From Oceanispirochaeta sp. (GTDB lineage Bacteria; Spirochaetota; Spirochaetia; DSM-2461), in contig CAXXXD010000002.1 in the NCBI GenBank assembly GCA_963663385.2, positions 160,001 to 224,000 on the forward strand: DNA of 64,000 bases, in the 5' to 3' direction. This document shows, one piece after another, positions 36,939-46,735 of this stretch. Position 1 is the stretch's first letter, and each line of letters begins with the position of its first letter. Made by a program: the position numbers and the translations under genes. The notes beneath the pieces are model-generated. The model made no database searches, was not told the DNA's origin, and saw only the letters and a list, made by a program, of their open reading frames with translations.

Positions 36939-38434
36939 GATATGTTCCTGTTGTTAAAAATACCTTTCCTGTCAGCCTGATCCTTGAGGGGAAGTCCTGC
37001 CTGGTCGTAGGAGGGGGAAAGGCTGCCGTCTGGAAAATTGAAAATCTCCTTACCGCCGGAGCCGCCGTTACGGTTATCAGTCCGGAACTGGGCGAACAGG
37101 CCGCCGCATTACATCTGGAGAGCAGATTTACCTGGATTAAGCGATTCTACAGTGAGACCGATCTGGAGGGCTTTTCCCTCGTTTACTGCGCCACCCCCGA
37201 TGCAGACTTGAATCGGTCGATCCTGGAGCAGTGCCGTCAGAAACGGATTCTCTGCTGCCCTGTCGACCGGAACTGGCCTGAAGGGGATTTTATGACTCCC
37301 GCCACCTTCCGCAAGGATGAACTGGCTATTTCCATCTCAACAGGCGGCGCTTCCTGCCGGCGATCCCGGCTGATCAAACAAAGCCTCTCCCGGCATGTGG
37401 ATCTGATTGATTCGGCGGATCTTATACTGATCGGGACCAGCCACAGTTATCTGCCTCTGAAAAAGAGAGAACCCTTCCATCTGGCAGGAAAAAAGCTGGA
37501 TTCTACAGGAAACATGCTGCATCACGTCTGGGGTGTTCATGAATTCCTGATCCTGAATACATGCAACAGGGTTGAGATCCTGGCGGTTGTCTCCAATGAT
37601 TCAAATGTTTACGCTCTGGTTCAGCGGATTTTGGGGTTTGATACTCTGGATAGGGACGAATACTACATCCACCGGGGATGGGATGCTTTTTCCCACTCCT
37701 GCACTTTGATGGCAGGTCTGTTTTCCCAGACGCCCGGCGAAAATCACATTGTTGCCCAGGTCAAAGAAGCTCTGCATATGGCAGTACAGTCATCCTGGGC
37801 CGGCGTGGTTCTGGAAGACTGGATCAGCCGTGCTCTGGGTGTTTCCAAAAAAATCCGCCGGGAATCATCGCCTCTGCTGAAAAACATCGAAATAGAAGAT
37901 GTGGCCGTTGAGTATATTTACCGGACACTCGAAAAAAAACAGGGTTTACGTAAGGCTATGGTTATCGGTACGGGAATTATAGGGACGGGTGTGCTGGAGA
38001 AATTCCTGATACGGAATATCCCTGTCCTCTGGTGCTACCACCGCTATATCCCCGGGATGACTGCTTCCATGAAAGAAAAGGTGGAGCTCTTTTCTCTTGC
38101 GGATCTGAATAAACGGATAGCCGAGTGCGACTGTGCTGTTACGGCTACCGGCAGCTCTGAGTATCTGCTTGATGAAGAACACCTGGAATATTTTCCGGAG
38201 GATAAACAGACCCTCCTGGTAGATCTGTCTCTTCCGCGGAATATTTCTCCCGAACTGAACCGGCCGGAGCAGGGTGTGGAGGTTTTTGATCTGGATGATT
38301 TAAAACACTGGTTCCGCCGGGAAATTGCGGATATGGATCATATTATGGAAGTGAGTCGGAAAATTATTGAGGAGAACAAAGACAGTTATGAAAGAATCTC
38401 AGGCAGCCTTCAAAGCCGGCACCCGCGGCAGTAA
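36935..38434 (+). CDS. hemA: Fusion: precorrin-2 dehydrogenase (SirC/CysG-B N-terminus) + glutamyl-tRNA reductase
   Basis: N-terminal VVGGGKAA...DFMTPA...ISTGGAS; C-terminal LNTCNRVE, GENHIVAQVK, GTGIIG, DLSLPRNI. Confidence 0.85.
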   Translation: MRYVPVVKNTFPVSLILEGKSCLVVGGGKAAVWKIENLLTAGAAVTVISPELGEQAAALHLESRFTWIKRFYSETDLEGFSLVYCATPDADLNRSILEQCRQKRILCCPVDRNWPEGDFMTPATFRKDELAISISTGGASCRRSRLIKQSLSRHVDLIDSADLILIGTSHSYLPLKKREPFHLAGKKLDSTGNMLHHVWGVHEFLILNTCNRVEILAVVSNDSNVYALVQRILGFDTLDRDEYYIHRGWDAFSHSCTLMAGLFSQTPGENHIVAQVKEALHMAVQSSWAGVVLEDWISRALGVSKKIRRESSPLLKNIEIEDVAVEYIYRTLEKKQGLRKAMVIGTGIIGTGVLEKFLIRNIPVLWCYHRYIPGMTASMKEKVELFSLADLNKRIAECDCAVTATGSSEYLLDEEHLEYFPEDKQTLLVDLSLPRNISPELNRPEQGVEVFDLDDLKHWFRREIADMDHIMEVSRKIIEENKDSYERISGSLQSRHPRQ

Positions 38435-40499
38435 TCTGGCGCTGGTACAGTCCGGAGACGCTCTGGACCGCCTTTCCAATCTGTTTCCCTTTCTGGCCTG
38501 GGAGCAGGTTCCCTTTTCCAGCCCGGGCGACCGGGACCGGAGGATGGATCTGAAAGTCAGTCCGGGCGACTTTTTCTCCCGCGATCTGGATGAAGCCGTT
38601 ATGGAAGCAGCGCTGGACTGCGCCATCCACAGTGCAAAGGACCTTTCCTATCCGCTCCGGGAGGAGCTGGACTGGTTCTGGCTGCCCTGGTCCGAAGATC
38701 CGGAGGATGCTCTTGTCTGCCGGAAGGGAGAGACCCCGGAGGATCTGCCTTCGGATGCCCTGATCGGTGTTTCCAGCGACCGGCGGGAGGAGTACTGCCG
38801 TTCCTTTTTTCCCTCTTTGGGAACCTCTCCCGTCCGGGGAAATATCGAACAGCGCCTGGAGCAGCTGGATGCGGGGCGTTACGATATGCTTATTATGGCA
38901 GCCGCGGCTCTGAACAGACTGGATCTGGAAGACCGGATTACTCAAGTGATCCCCTTAAAGGATCTGCCCGTTCCCGAAGGGCAGGGGATCCTGGCGCTTT
39001 CCTATCGAAGGGGGGATGCCCGATTTAACAGAATCCGGTCCTATTTTGTCAAACCCGTTCAATTTGTCGGTTCCGGGCCCGGCAGCGCGGCTCTCTGTAC
39101 GGTAAAAGGTGTGGAAGCTCTTCAGAACTGTGATATCTGTCTTTATGACTCCCTGGTTGATCCGGCCCTTCTCACACATGTAAAGGGGCGTTCCATTTAT
39201 ACCGGCAAGCGCAGCGGCCGGCACAGTTTCAAACAGGAAACCATTACCGGGATGATCAGTGAATATGCCCGTCAGGGGAAGCGGGTCGTTCGTCTGAAAG
39301 GGGGCGACCCCGGTATTTTCGGACGTCTGGCCGAGGAGGCGGAAGAGCTGGAATCTCTGGGACTGCCCTATGAAGTTATACCGGGAGTGAGCAGCTTGAA
39401 TGCCGCTACCACAGGGACGGGGATGCTCCTCACACGGCGGGAAATCTCCCGGGGGTACACGGTCATCAGCTCCAGAATAAAAGACGGCGGTATTGCCGAT
39501 ACCGAACAGAGTGTCCGCTCGAAACTGCCTATCGTTTTTTTTATGTCCCTGAAAGCTTCCGGTACCGTACTGGCCTCTCTGGTTGAAGAAGGGAGGAGTC
39601 CCGATGAACCGGCGGCTGTCGTATATAACGCCGGGAATCCGGAAGAGGAGGTTGTCCGGGGGACCATAGGGACCCTGGCCGATAAAATAGCCTGTTCGGG
39701 GAATCCCGGCCCCGGCCTGCTGATTGCCGGTGCCGTCACATCCTATGGGTTTGATGGTAATCAGGGGGCCCTGGAAGGAACGCGTGTCCTTCTTACCTGC
39801 AGTGAGAACCTGATGGACCAGGCGGTCCGCCAGGTGGTTCAGCAGGGGGGAAAGCCTGTCAGACGGAGCCTTGTCCGTCTGGAGAGAACCCTGTATCAGT
39901 TGGATCCGGAGCGGTATGACTGGCTGGTTCTGACCTCTCCCTCAGCGGTTCACTTCTGTATGGAGATTCTGAAGGAACAACGGAGTGATCTCAGAAGGCT
40001 CCCGAAGATTATGGTTTGCGGAAAGGCTTCCGGAAAAACCCTGGAGGAGTATGGCCTCTATGCAGACCTCTGCCCTGTTTCCGCTTATGGGGCGGATCAG
40101 TTGATAGCCGCTGCAACTGGCGTTATTAAAACCGGCGACAGGGTTCTGCGGCTTCGTTCCGAAAAAGCTTCCGGAAAAATTACGGAGGCTTTGAAATCCT
40201 GCGGCGCAGAGGTGACCGACCGAATCCTTTATGCCAGCAAAGCGGTTTCCGCAGGAGCTCTGCCCGAGGTGGAGACTGTCTTTTTTGCCAGCACATCTGC
40301 TGTCGAGGCTTATGCTGAACAGTGGGGGCTTCACTCGCTGAAGGGGAAAACCGTTCTTGCCATCGGGGAGCCTACTTTCGAATCTCTGGAAAGCCGGGGG
40401 GTGTCGCCTATCCTTAAAGCCCATGAGGCCACCATACCCGGAGCTATCCGTACTCTGGCCCTTTATCAGATAAAAAACCGATTGGAGGCGCTGATATGA
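38388..40499 (+). CDS. Triple fusion: truncated porphobilinogen deaminase + uroporphyrinogen-III C-methyltransferase + uroporphyrinogen-III synthase (HemC-CobA-HemD)
   Basis: GTRGSNLAL, HSAKD, SSDRR, RGNIEQRL; then FVGSGPG, VVRLKGGDPGIFGR, IPGVSS; then LVLTSPSAV, FASTSAV, AIGEPT. Confidence 0.85.
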   Translation: MKESQAAFKAGTRGSNLALVQSGDALDRLSNLFPFLAWEQVPFSSPGDRDRRMDLKVSPGDFFSRDLDEAVMEAALDCAIHSAKDLSYPLREELDWFWLPWSEDPEDALVCRKGETPEDLPSDALIGVSSDRREEYCRSFFPSLGTSPVRGNIEQRLEQLDAGRYDMLIMAAAALNRLDLEDRITQVIPLKDLPVPEGQGILALSYRRGDARFNRIRSYFVKPVQFVGSGPGSAALCTVKGVEALQNCDICLYDSLVDPALLTHVKGRSIYTGKRSGRHSFKQETITGMISEYARQGKRVVRLKGGDPGIFGRLAEEAEELESLGLPYEVIPGVSSLNAATTGTGMLLTRREISRGYTVISSRIKDGGIADTEQSVRSKLPIVFFMSLKASGTVLASLVEEGRSPDEPAAVVYNAGNPEEEVVRGTIGTLADKIACSGNPGPGLLIAGAVTSYGFDGNQGALEGTRVLLTCSENLMDQAVRQVVQQGGKPVRRSLVRLERTLYQLDPERYDWLVLTSPSAVHFCMEILKEQRSDLRRLPKIMVCGKASGKTLEEYGLYADLCPVSAYGADQLIAAATGVIKTGDRVLRLRSEKASGKITEALKSCGAEVTDRILYASKAVSAGALPEVETVFFASTSAVEAYAEQWGLHSLKGKTVLAIGEPTFESLESRGVSPILKAHEATIPGAIRTLALYQIKNRLEALI

Positions 40500-41518
40500 A
40501 CCGATACCCTGATGTCAGACTGAGACGACTGAGAAAAACTCCATCAGTCAGAAGACTTTTTGACAGTCCCCTGCCGGGACCCGAGAAGTTTATCTGGCCC
40601 CTTTTTGTTGCGGAGGGAACCGGGAAAAGGGAGGCCATTGATGCCATGCCCGGTCAGTTCCGGCTCAGTACGGATAAAATATGCCGGGAAGTGGAAGCTT
40701 CTGTGAATCAGGGGCTCGGCGGTGTTCTCCTTTTCGGTTTAACAGAACAGGAGAATAAGGACCCCGTCGGAACCGGAGCCTGTGATGATCACGGAGCTGT
40801 TCAGGATGCTGTAAGAGTTCTGAAAAAAGAGTTTCCCCATCTGGTGGTTATGACGGATGTCTGCCTCTGTGCCTATACCTCTCATGGACATTGCGGTCCT
40901 TTAAATCCGGAAGGGGATGTGGACAATGATCTGACCCTGCCCCGGCTGGCGCAAACCGCCTTGTCCCATGTACGGGCCGGGGCGGACGGCGTGGCTCCCA
41001 GCGCCATGATGGACGGACAGGTACAGGCTATCCGCAGAGCACTGGATGAAGGCGGGTATCAGGATACCCTACTGATGAGCTATTCCACAAAATTCGCCTC
41101 TTCCCTGTACGGCCCTTTTCGCGAAGCGGAGCAGTCCGCTCCGGGAAAGGGCGACCGTCAGGGGTATCAGCAGTCCTATCGGGACCCCAGGCAGGCTATC
41201 CGGGAATCCCTGTTTGATGAAGACGAAGGCGCGGATATCCTGATGGTGAAGCCGGCTCTCTTTTACCTGGACATTCTTTCGAAACTGCGGGAGCAGACCG
41301 ACCTGCCTCTGGCCGCCTACAATGTCAGCGGGGAGTATTCCATGATTCATGCCGCTGCGGACAGGGGCTGGGGCGACTTGAGGGCCATGGCCCGGGAGTC
41401 GATTTGTGCCATATCAAGGGCGGGAGCGGATCTGATTATATCCTACTGGGCAAACCGGTATAAAGATTTGTTTCTGGACTCTTCATTTCATCCTTATGAA
41501 CTGATCAATTGTATATAA
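40496..41518 (+). CDS. hemB: Porphobilinogen synthase (ALA dehydratase)
   Basis: RLRRLR, DVCLCAYTSHGHCG Zn site, PSAMMDG, MVKPA, YNVSGEY. Confidence 0.97.
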   Translation: MNRYPDVRLRRLRKTPSVRRLFDSPLPGPEKFIWPLFVAEGTGKREAIDAMPGQFRLSTDKICREVEASVNQGLGGVLLFGLTEQENKDPVGTGACDDHGAVQDAVRVLKKEFPHLVVMTDVCLCAYTSHGHCGPLNPEGDVDNDLTLPRLAQTALSHVRAGADGVAPSAMMDGQVQAIRRALDEGGYQDTLLMSYSTKFASSLYGPFREAEQSAPGKGDRQGYQQSYRDPRQAIRESLFDEDEGADILMVKPALFYLDILSKLREQTDLPLAAYNVSGEYSMIHAAADRGWGDLRAMARESICAISRAGADLIISYWANRYKDLFLDSSFHPYELINCI

Positions 41519-42563
41519 CCACTTTGTTCCGGCCGCTGTTTTTTGCTTCATAGAGAGCAATATCAGCTTTTGACATCATCTCATTAAAGGTCCGGAAATT
41601 TTCGGAAAACCGGATAACCCCTAAACTGACTGTAATATTGAATTTCTTCTTATCTGCTTTGAAAGAGATTTCACTGACTGTCATTCTTATCATTTCAGCT
41701 ATATCGCCGGCTGTCTCTAATGTCGTATTTCTAAGGATAAGACCGAATTCTTCCCCACCATGTCTTCCGAAGATATCCTCTGCTCGAATTTTTTTTCTGA
41801 TAGTGTCTGAAAAATCAATCAGGACTGTATCCCCGACATCATGGCCGTGTGTATCGTTTATGATTTTAAAGTGGTCAATATCCATGACTATTAAGCTGAA
41901 ACTGTAGCCGTATTTTCGGGCTAATTCAAACTCGAGTTCTCCCTGGTAGAAAAAACTCCGTCTGTTTGCTGACTGAGTCAGGGGATCTGTATTTGCCAAA
42001 TATTCTAGTTCATTGCTTTTTTTCGCAAGTGCGAGTGAAGAAATAAAGAATATAAAAAATGTAGTACCAATACTCGTTATTACCGAGAAAGCCGATAGTA
42101 TATTTACAGCAGTCGCATTAATCTCAAATATGTAAAAATTAATCTTAAAGTAGCTGCTGATCACATACAGGATTTGACAGGCAACTGTTATTATTAACGA
42201 AAAGTGTCGTTCCGACTTGTTTAGAAGATCCATTATGGTAAATGAAGTAATTGGTATTATGAAATAAAACAGGTCATATTTTGTATCAGGGGGAAACCAG
42301 AAGAAAGCTGCCAATGTAAGTTGTATGAAAAATGTAATGACTATTCCGTATTTTACAAACCTGTATCTTTTTGCTTTAACCAGTGGAAAAAGGAGCAGGT
42401 GAAATATAATATACAGGATATGAACGATAATGGCCGGTAGGAATCTTGCCCAGATAATATAGATGCAGAGGAAGATAAATGCAGAAATCGTAACAGCGGT
42501 GATAATGATATTCAGCAGTAATTCTGTATGATCAGGTTCATTAAATAAGGCAAGTTTCTTCAT
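41505..42563 (-). CDS. Membrane-bound diguanylate cyclase (GGDEF domain)
   Basis: About six TM helices, then TDPLT, DIDHFK, GRHGGEEF, AKNSGRN. AT-rich. Confidence 0.92.
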   Translation of the reverse strand: MKKLALFNEPDHTELLLNIIITAVTISAFIFLCIYIIWARFLPAIIVHILYIIFHLLLFPLVKAKRYRFVKYGIVITFFIQLTLAAFFWFPPDTKYDLFYFIIPITSFTIMDLLNKSERHFSLIITVACQILYVISSYFKINFYIFEINATAVNILSAFSVITSIGTTFFIFFISSLALAKKSNELEYLANTDPLTQSANRRSFFYQGELEFELARKYGYSFSLIVMDIDHFKIINDTHGHDVGDTVLIDFSDTIRKKIRAEDIFGRHGGEEFGLILRNTTLETAGDIAEMIRMTVSEISFKADKKKFNITVSLGVIRFSENFRTFNEMMSKADIALYEAKNSGRNKVVIYN

Positions 42564-42845
42564 GCCGTGTTTCCTTTCACAGTGCTATCCCCCCCAGAAC
42601 CCGGAATTTCTCCCTGTCTACATAAACAGTAATCTCATATGGTGTTTCCCGCACCTGTATTATTCACTCTACTATTCAGTATATGTTAATATTTTGTAAA
42701 GTTCATCCGGGATGTAAAACTGAACCCCGGATTAAAGAGGACTATAAAGCCTTCCAATGCAGATGCGGACAATTAAACAATTAATTACAAATATTTCATA
42801 AAATAGTTCTACGTTATTATAGTCCAAAGAGACTACTATAATTAC

Positions 42846-44240
42846 ATGCAAAAATCTCTCAACCAAGGCATTGTTATAGGCGGCACCCACTCGGGCTGCG
42901 GCAAAACCACCATTACCATGGGGCTTAACCGGGCTCTGAAAAACCGGGGCGTTGATGTGCAGCCCTGGAAGGCCGGCCCGGACTATATCGATCCCGGCTT
43001 TCACTCCATTGCCGCCGGCCGTATCTGCCGGAACCTGGACACCATGATTCTGGGGGATGAAGTTGTCCGTGAGATCTACAGCCGTCAGAACTGTGAACTC
43101 TCTGTTGTGGAAGGGGTGATGGGTCTCTTTGACGGAGCCGGCGGACGGGATGAAAGGGGCAGCGCCGCCCATCTTTCCAAACTGCTGAAACTCCCCGTTA
43201 TTCTGGTGATTGATGCCCGGTCCATGGCCCGCAGCGCCGGCGCCATAGCCCTGGGATATGACCGTTTTGACCCGGATGTGAATGTAGCCGGGTTTATTCT
43301 GAACAGGGTCGGGTCGACCCGGCACTATGCAATGGTAAAAGAGGCCGTGGAAGATGCCACGGGAAAGCCCGTACTGGGAGCTATCCCCCGGGACAATACG
43401 ATTGAAATGCCCGAAAGACACCTCGGTCTGGTTCCGGTCTGGGAAAAGGAAGAGGAATTCAGCAAATCCCTGGATTATCTGGCTTCTCTGATGGAAGAAC
43501 ATATCGATATGGATCTTTTATTGACTATAGCCTCCCAGGCGGAGGCGCTGCCCGAACCGGTGCATAGCGTTTTCAATCCTGCCCTGGCCGCTGCTCCGTC
43601 GGTCCGGATAGCCGTGGCAAAGGATGCGGCCTTTCATTTCTACTATGAGGATAACCTGGATCTCTTCCGGCACTGCGGAGCCGAAGTCGTTTACTTCAGC
43701 CCCCTTGCGGATGCTTCTCTCCCCGAAGGAACCGATGCGGTCTATATAGGCGGGGGATACCCCGAGCTGCATCCCCGGACCCTGTCTGAAAACAGGTCCC
43801 TTATTGAGGAGATCCGGTCCTGCTGTAACAGCGGGATGCCTCTTTTTGCCGAATGCGGCGGATTTATGTATCTGACGGAAGGGATTGCGGATGAGAAGGA
43901 TCGGTTTTACAGACTCCTCTCTCTCCTGCCCGGACAGACCAGGCTGGGGAATAAGGTCCGTGCCCTGGGATACTGCGAGGCCGTTTTCAGAAAAGACACC
44001 GTTCTGGGATCAAAAGGGGAGACCGCCAGAGGCCATGTTTTTCACTGGGCCGGTCTGGAAGCTGTGCCGGAAGAGGCGGAAAAGGCCCTTGATGTCAGAA
44101 AGGGAGATGATACAATCCGGGAAGGATTTACCTGGAAAAATGTTCTGGGCAGCTGGGTGCATCTGCATTTTGCCTCCAACCCGCCCATGGCCGCCGCCTT
44201 CATTGCCTCCGCGGCCCGATACAGGAGAAATTGTGTATGA
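42846..44240 (+). CDS. cbiA: Cobyrinate a,c-diamide synthase
   Basis: SGCGKTT, KAGPDYIDP, EGVMGLFDG, ERHLGLV, GGGYPE, AECGGFMYL, HLHF. Confidence 0.95.
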   Translation: MQKSLNQGIVIGGTHSGCGKTTITMGLNRALKNRGVDVQPWKAGPDYIDPGFHSIAAGRICRNLDTMILGDEVVREIYSRQNCELSVVEGVMGLFDGAGGRDERGSAAHLSKLLKLPVILVIDARSMARSAGAIALGYDRFDPDVNVAGFILNRVGSTRHYAMVKEAVEDATGKPVLGAIPRDNTIEMPERHLGLVPVWEKEEEFSKSLDYLASLMEEHIDMDLLLTIASQAEALPEPVHSVFNPALAAAPSVRIAVAKDAAFHFYYEDNLDLFRHCGAEVVYFSPLADASLPEGTDAVYIGGGYPELHPRTLSENRSLIEEIRSCCNSGMPLFAECGGFMYLTEGIADEKDRFYRLLSLLPGQTRLGNKVRALGYCEAVFRKDTVLGSKGETARGHVFHWAGLEAVPEEAEKALDVRKGDDTIREGFTWKNVLGSWVHLHFASNPPMAAAFIASAARYRRNCV

Positions 44241-44869
44241 AAAAAGAGAGACAGTATCTGGAACCGGCGGAAATCTACCGCCGCAGTTTTTCCCTGATCA
44301 GTGAAGAGTTCGGGGACTATAAAGTGGCGGAGGACGAGATGCTCGTCCGGACCCGCATCGCCCATACCACGGCGGATGTGGAGTTTGCCAAAACCTTCCT
44401 TTTTCATCCCCGGGCCATTGAAGCCGGCGTACAGGCCCTGAAGGCGGGGAAAAAGATCTTTACGGATGTGTCCATGGTCTCTTCCGGGATCAGCCCCCGT
44501 GTGAAAAACCGGGATAATGAGCTGGTCTGCTACCTCTACGATGAGGATGTGGCGGAAGAGGCCAAACGGCGGGAAACTACCAAATCCGCCGCCGCCATTA
44601 CCAAGGGAATCGATCAGTATAAAGACGGAATTGTGGCCATAGGGAATGCTCCCACCGCCCTTTTCGAGCTGATTGATCTGATCAAGGAGGGGAAAGCCTC
44701 TCCCGCCCTGATCGTGGGGGTGCCTGTCGGGTTTGTGGGAGCCAGGGAGTCCAAAGTGGAACTGGCCGAACTGGATGTGCCCTTTATTACCAACCTGGAC
44801 CGCCGGGGGGGCAGCCCTATTGCCGCGGCTATTGTAAATGGTTTAATTGCTCTTGCGGAGAAATCTTGA
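44237..44869 (+). CDS. cbiC: Cobalt-precorrin-8 methylmutase
   Basis: RIAHTTAD, IGNAPTAL, GVPVGFVGA, RGGSPIAAA. Confidence 0.95.
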   Translation: MKKERQYLEPAEIYRRSFSLISEEFGDYKVAEDEMLVRTRIAHTTADVEFAKTFLFHPRAIEAGVQALKAGKKIFTDVSMVSSGISPRVKNRDNELVCYLYDEDVAEEAKRRETTKSAAAITKGIDQYKDGIVAIGNAPTALFELIDLIKEGKASPALIVGVPVGFVGARESKVELAELDVPFITNLDRRGGSPIAAAIVNGLIALAEKS

Positions 44870-45990
44870 GCCTATCCTATCGTGAGGTCCTTGGTAAGGT
44901 GGAAGGGCTTCAGAGGGGATTTACATCGGGGACCTGCGCTCAGGCGGTTTCCCGGGGGGCGGCGGAGATGCTCCTGTCCGGAGAGGTCTGCCCGGTTATC
45001 ACTGTCACTCTGAAGGGGGGGCTGGAACTGACTCTGCCCCTCGTGCATCAGGATATCCGTGAGAACAGCGCTTTCTGCGGGATAATCAAGGACAGCGGGG
45101 ATGATACGGACATTACAAACGGAAAGGAGTTCTGCGCGGAAGTTTCCTGGTCCGACTGTCCCGGTGTGGAAATCCTGGGCGGTAAAGGGGTCGGCCGTGT
45201 GACAAGGGAAGGGCTGCCCGTTCCCGTCGGAGAGGCGGCTATTAACCCCAATCCCAGAAAAATGATACGGAACGCTCTTGAACCTCTGCTGGAAGACCCT
45301 GCCGCCGGGGGACGGGGATTCCGGGTGGTTCTGTCCATCCCGGAGGGGGAAGAGCTGGCCCGTGAGACCTGGAACCCCCGGATCGGAATAGAGGGGGGCA
45401 TCAGTATTATCGGGACCTCCGGAATTGTCGAGCCGAAATCCTCCAAGGCCTTCAAGGCATCCATTGTCCTGCTGTTGAAGATGGCGGCAAGGAAAGACCC
45501 CTCCCGGGTCTATATAACACTCGGTTATGTAGGGGAAGCCTATCTGACCGGGCACCGGGGCGTGCAGAAAGAGGATATGATCGAAGTAGGGGATCATGTC
45601 GGGTTCGCTCTGGAGTCGGCCGCATCGAAAGGGTTCGGAGAAATTGTCTTTGCGGGACATATCGGAAAGATGGCCAAGGTCGCCTCCGGTCTTTTTAACA
45701 CCCACTGCAAGTACGGAGACGCCCGGCTTGAAACCGTTGCCGCCTGTGCGGCTGCCGCCGGCGCCTCAAGGGAGGATGTAGAGGCTCTTCTGGATATGAA
45801 AATGGCCGAAGCGGCGGTTTCCTATCTGCAGGAACGGCATCTGGAGGAGACCTTCCATATTATGAACAGGCGGCTGGTGGAACGCTGCCTGCTGCTGATT
45901 AAAAAAGAAATCCCCTTTACTTCGGTGATTCTGGATTTAAAGGGTAATCCCCTGTCCATCTGGAAGAGACCGCAGGAAAAATTGGAATAA
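44866..45990 (+). CDS. cbiD: Cobalt-precorrin-5B C1-methyltransferase
   Basis: RGFTSGTCA, KDSGDDTDIT, GVGRVTREGL, NPRIGIEGGISIIGTSGIV, GHIGKMAK. Confidence 0.95.
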   Translation: MSLSYREVLGKVEGLQRGFTSGTCAQAVSRGAAEMLLSGEVCPVITVTLKGGLELTLPLVHQDIRENSAFCGIIKDSGDDTDITNGKEFCAEVSWSDCPGVEILGGKGVGRVTREGLPVPVGEAAINPNPRKMIRNALEPLLEDPAAGGRGFRVVLSIPEGEELARETWNPRIGIEGGISIIGTSGIVEPKSSKAFKASIVLLLKMAARKDPSRVYITLGYVGEAYLTGHRGVQKEDMIEVGDHVGFALESAASKGFGEIVFAGHIGKMAKVASGLFNTHCKYGDARLETVAACAAAAGASREDVEALLDMKMAEAAVSYLQERHLEETFHIMNRRLVERCLLLIKKEIPFTSVILDLKGNPLSIWKRPQEKLE

Positions 45991-46000
45991 AGGAAATCAT

Positions 46001-46735
46001 ATGTCGAACCAAACGGTCCGGAAAGGGACCCTCTACGCTATAGGTCTGGGTCCGGGAGACCCGGATCTGCTGACGGTTAAAGCTGTCAAAATACTGAAAA
46101 AAGCGGATGCCATCATAGTCCCGAAGGCCAGGATAAAAGCCGACTCTGTTGCCAGGGACATTGTGAGCCGGGCTCTCGGAACGGACCTGCCCTTTGTGGA
46201 GCAGGTCTTTCCCATGAGCCGGGACCGGGGAGATCTGGAGCGCCACTGGAAGGAGGCCGCCTGCACGGTGCTGGACCGCCTGAAAGATGGTGAGGATGTT
46301 GCCTTTGTTACACTGGGAGATGTTTCCCTGTACAGCACTTTTTCCTATATGGAAAGCGCTCTGAAAGAGATGGATCCTTCGGTTAAACCCGTACTGGTTC
46401 CGGGAATCTCCAGCATACAGCTGGCGGCGGTCCGTTTTGAACACCCCCTTGCCCTGGGGGACGAATCCTACGGGGTGTATCCTCTGCCGGAAAATCTGGA
46501 GGATCTGGACAGTGCTCTGAGCGAGCACGATACGGTGATGCTGATGAAAATCGGCCAGCGTCTGGAGGAGGTAAAGGAATATCTGGCAGGGAAGGATCTT
46601 CTGGGCCGCACGGGATTTGTCCGCCGGGCGGGATTCCCTGACGAGTTCCTGGCTCCGTCTCTAAATGATCTGAATCCGGATGAGACCGGGTATCTGTCTA
46701 TCCTGATGGTGAGAACGGGAAGAACTCAGGCATGA
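46001..46735 (+). CDS. cbiL: Cobalt-precorrin-2 C20-methyltransferase
   Basis: GLGPGDPDLLTVKA, FPM, TLGDVSLYST, VPGISS. Confidence 0.92.
   Translation: MSNQTVRKGTLYAIGLGPGDPDLLTVKAVKILKKADAIIVPKARIKADSVARDIVSRALGTDLPFVEQVFPMSRDRGDLERHWKEAACTVLDRLKDGEDVAFVTLGDVSLYSTFSYMESALKEMDPSVKPVLVPGISSIQLAAVRFEHPLALGDESYGVYPLPENLEDLDSALSEHDTVMLMKIGQRLEEVKEYLAGKDLLGRTGFVRRAGFPDEFLAPSLNDLNPDETGYLSILMVRTGRTQA

Noticed and set aside
42564..42845. Possible cobalamin riboswitch between the GGDEF gene and cbiA
   Set aside because: Only scattered fragments on the minus strand (AGGTGC, GGGA, CACTGT), pointing away from cbiA; no B12 box or coherent stems.
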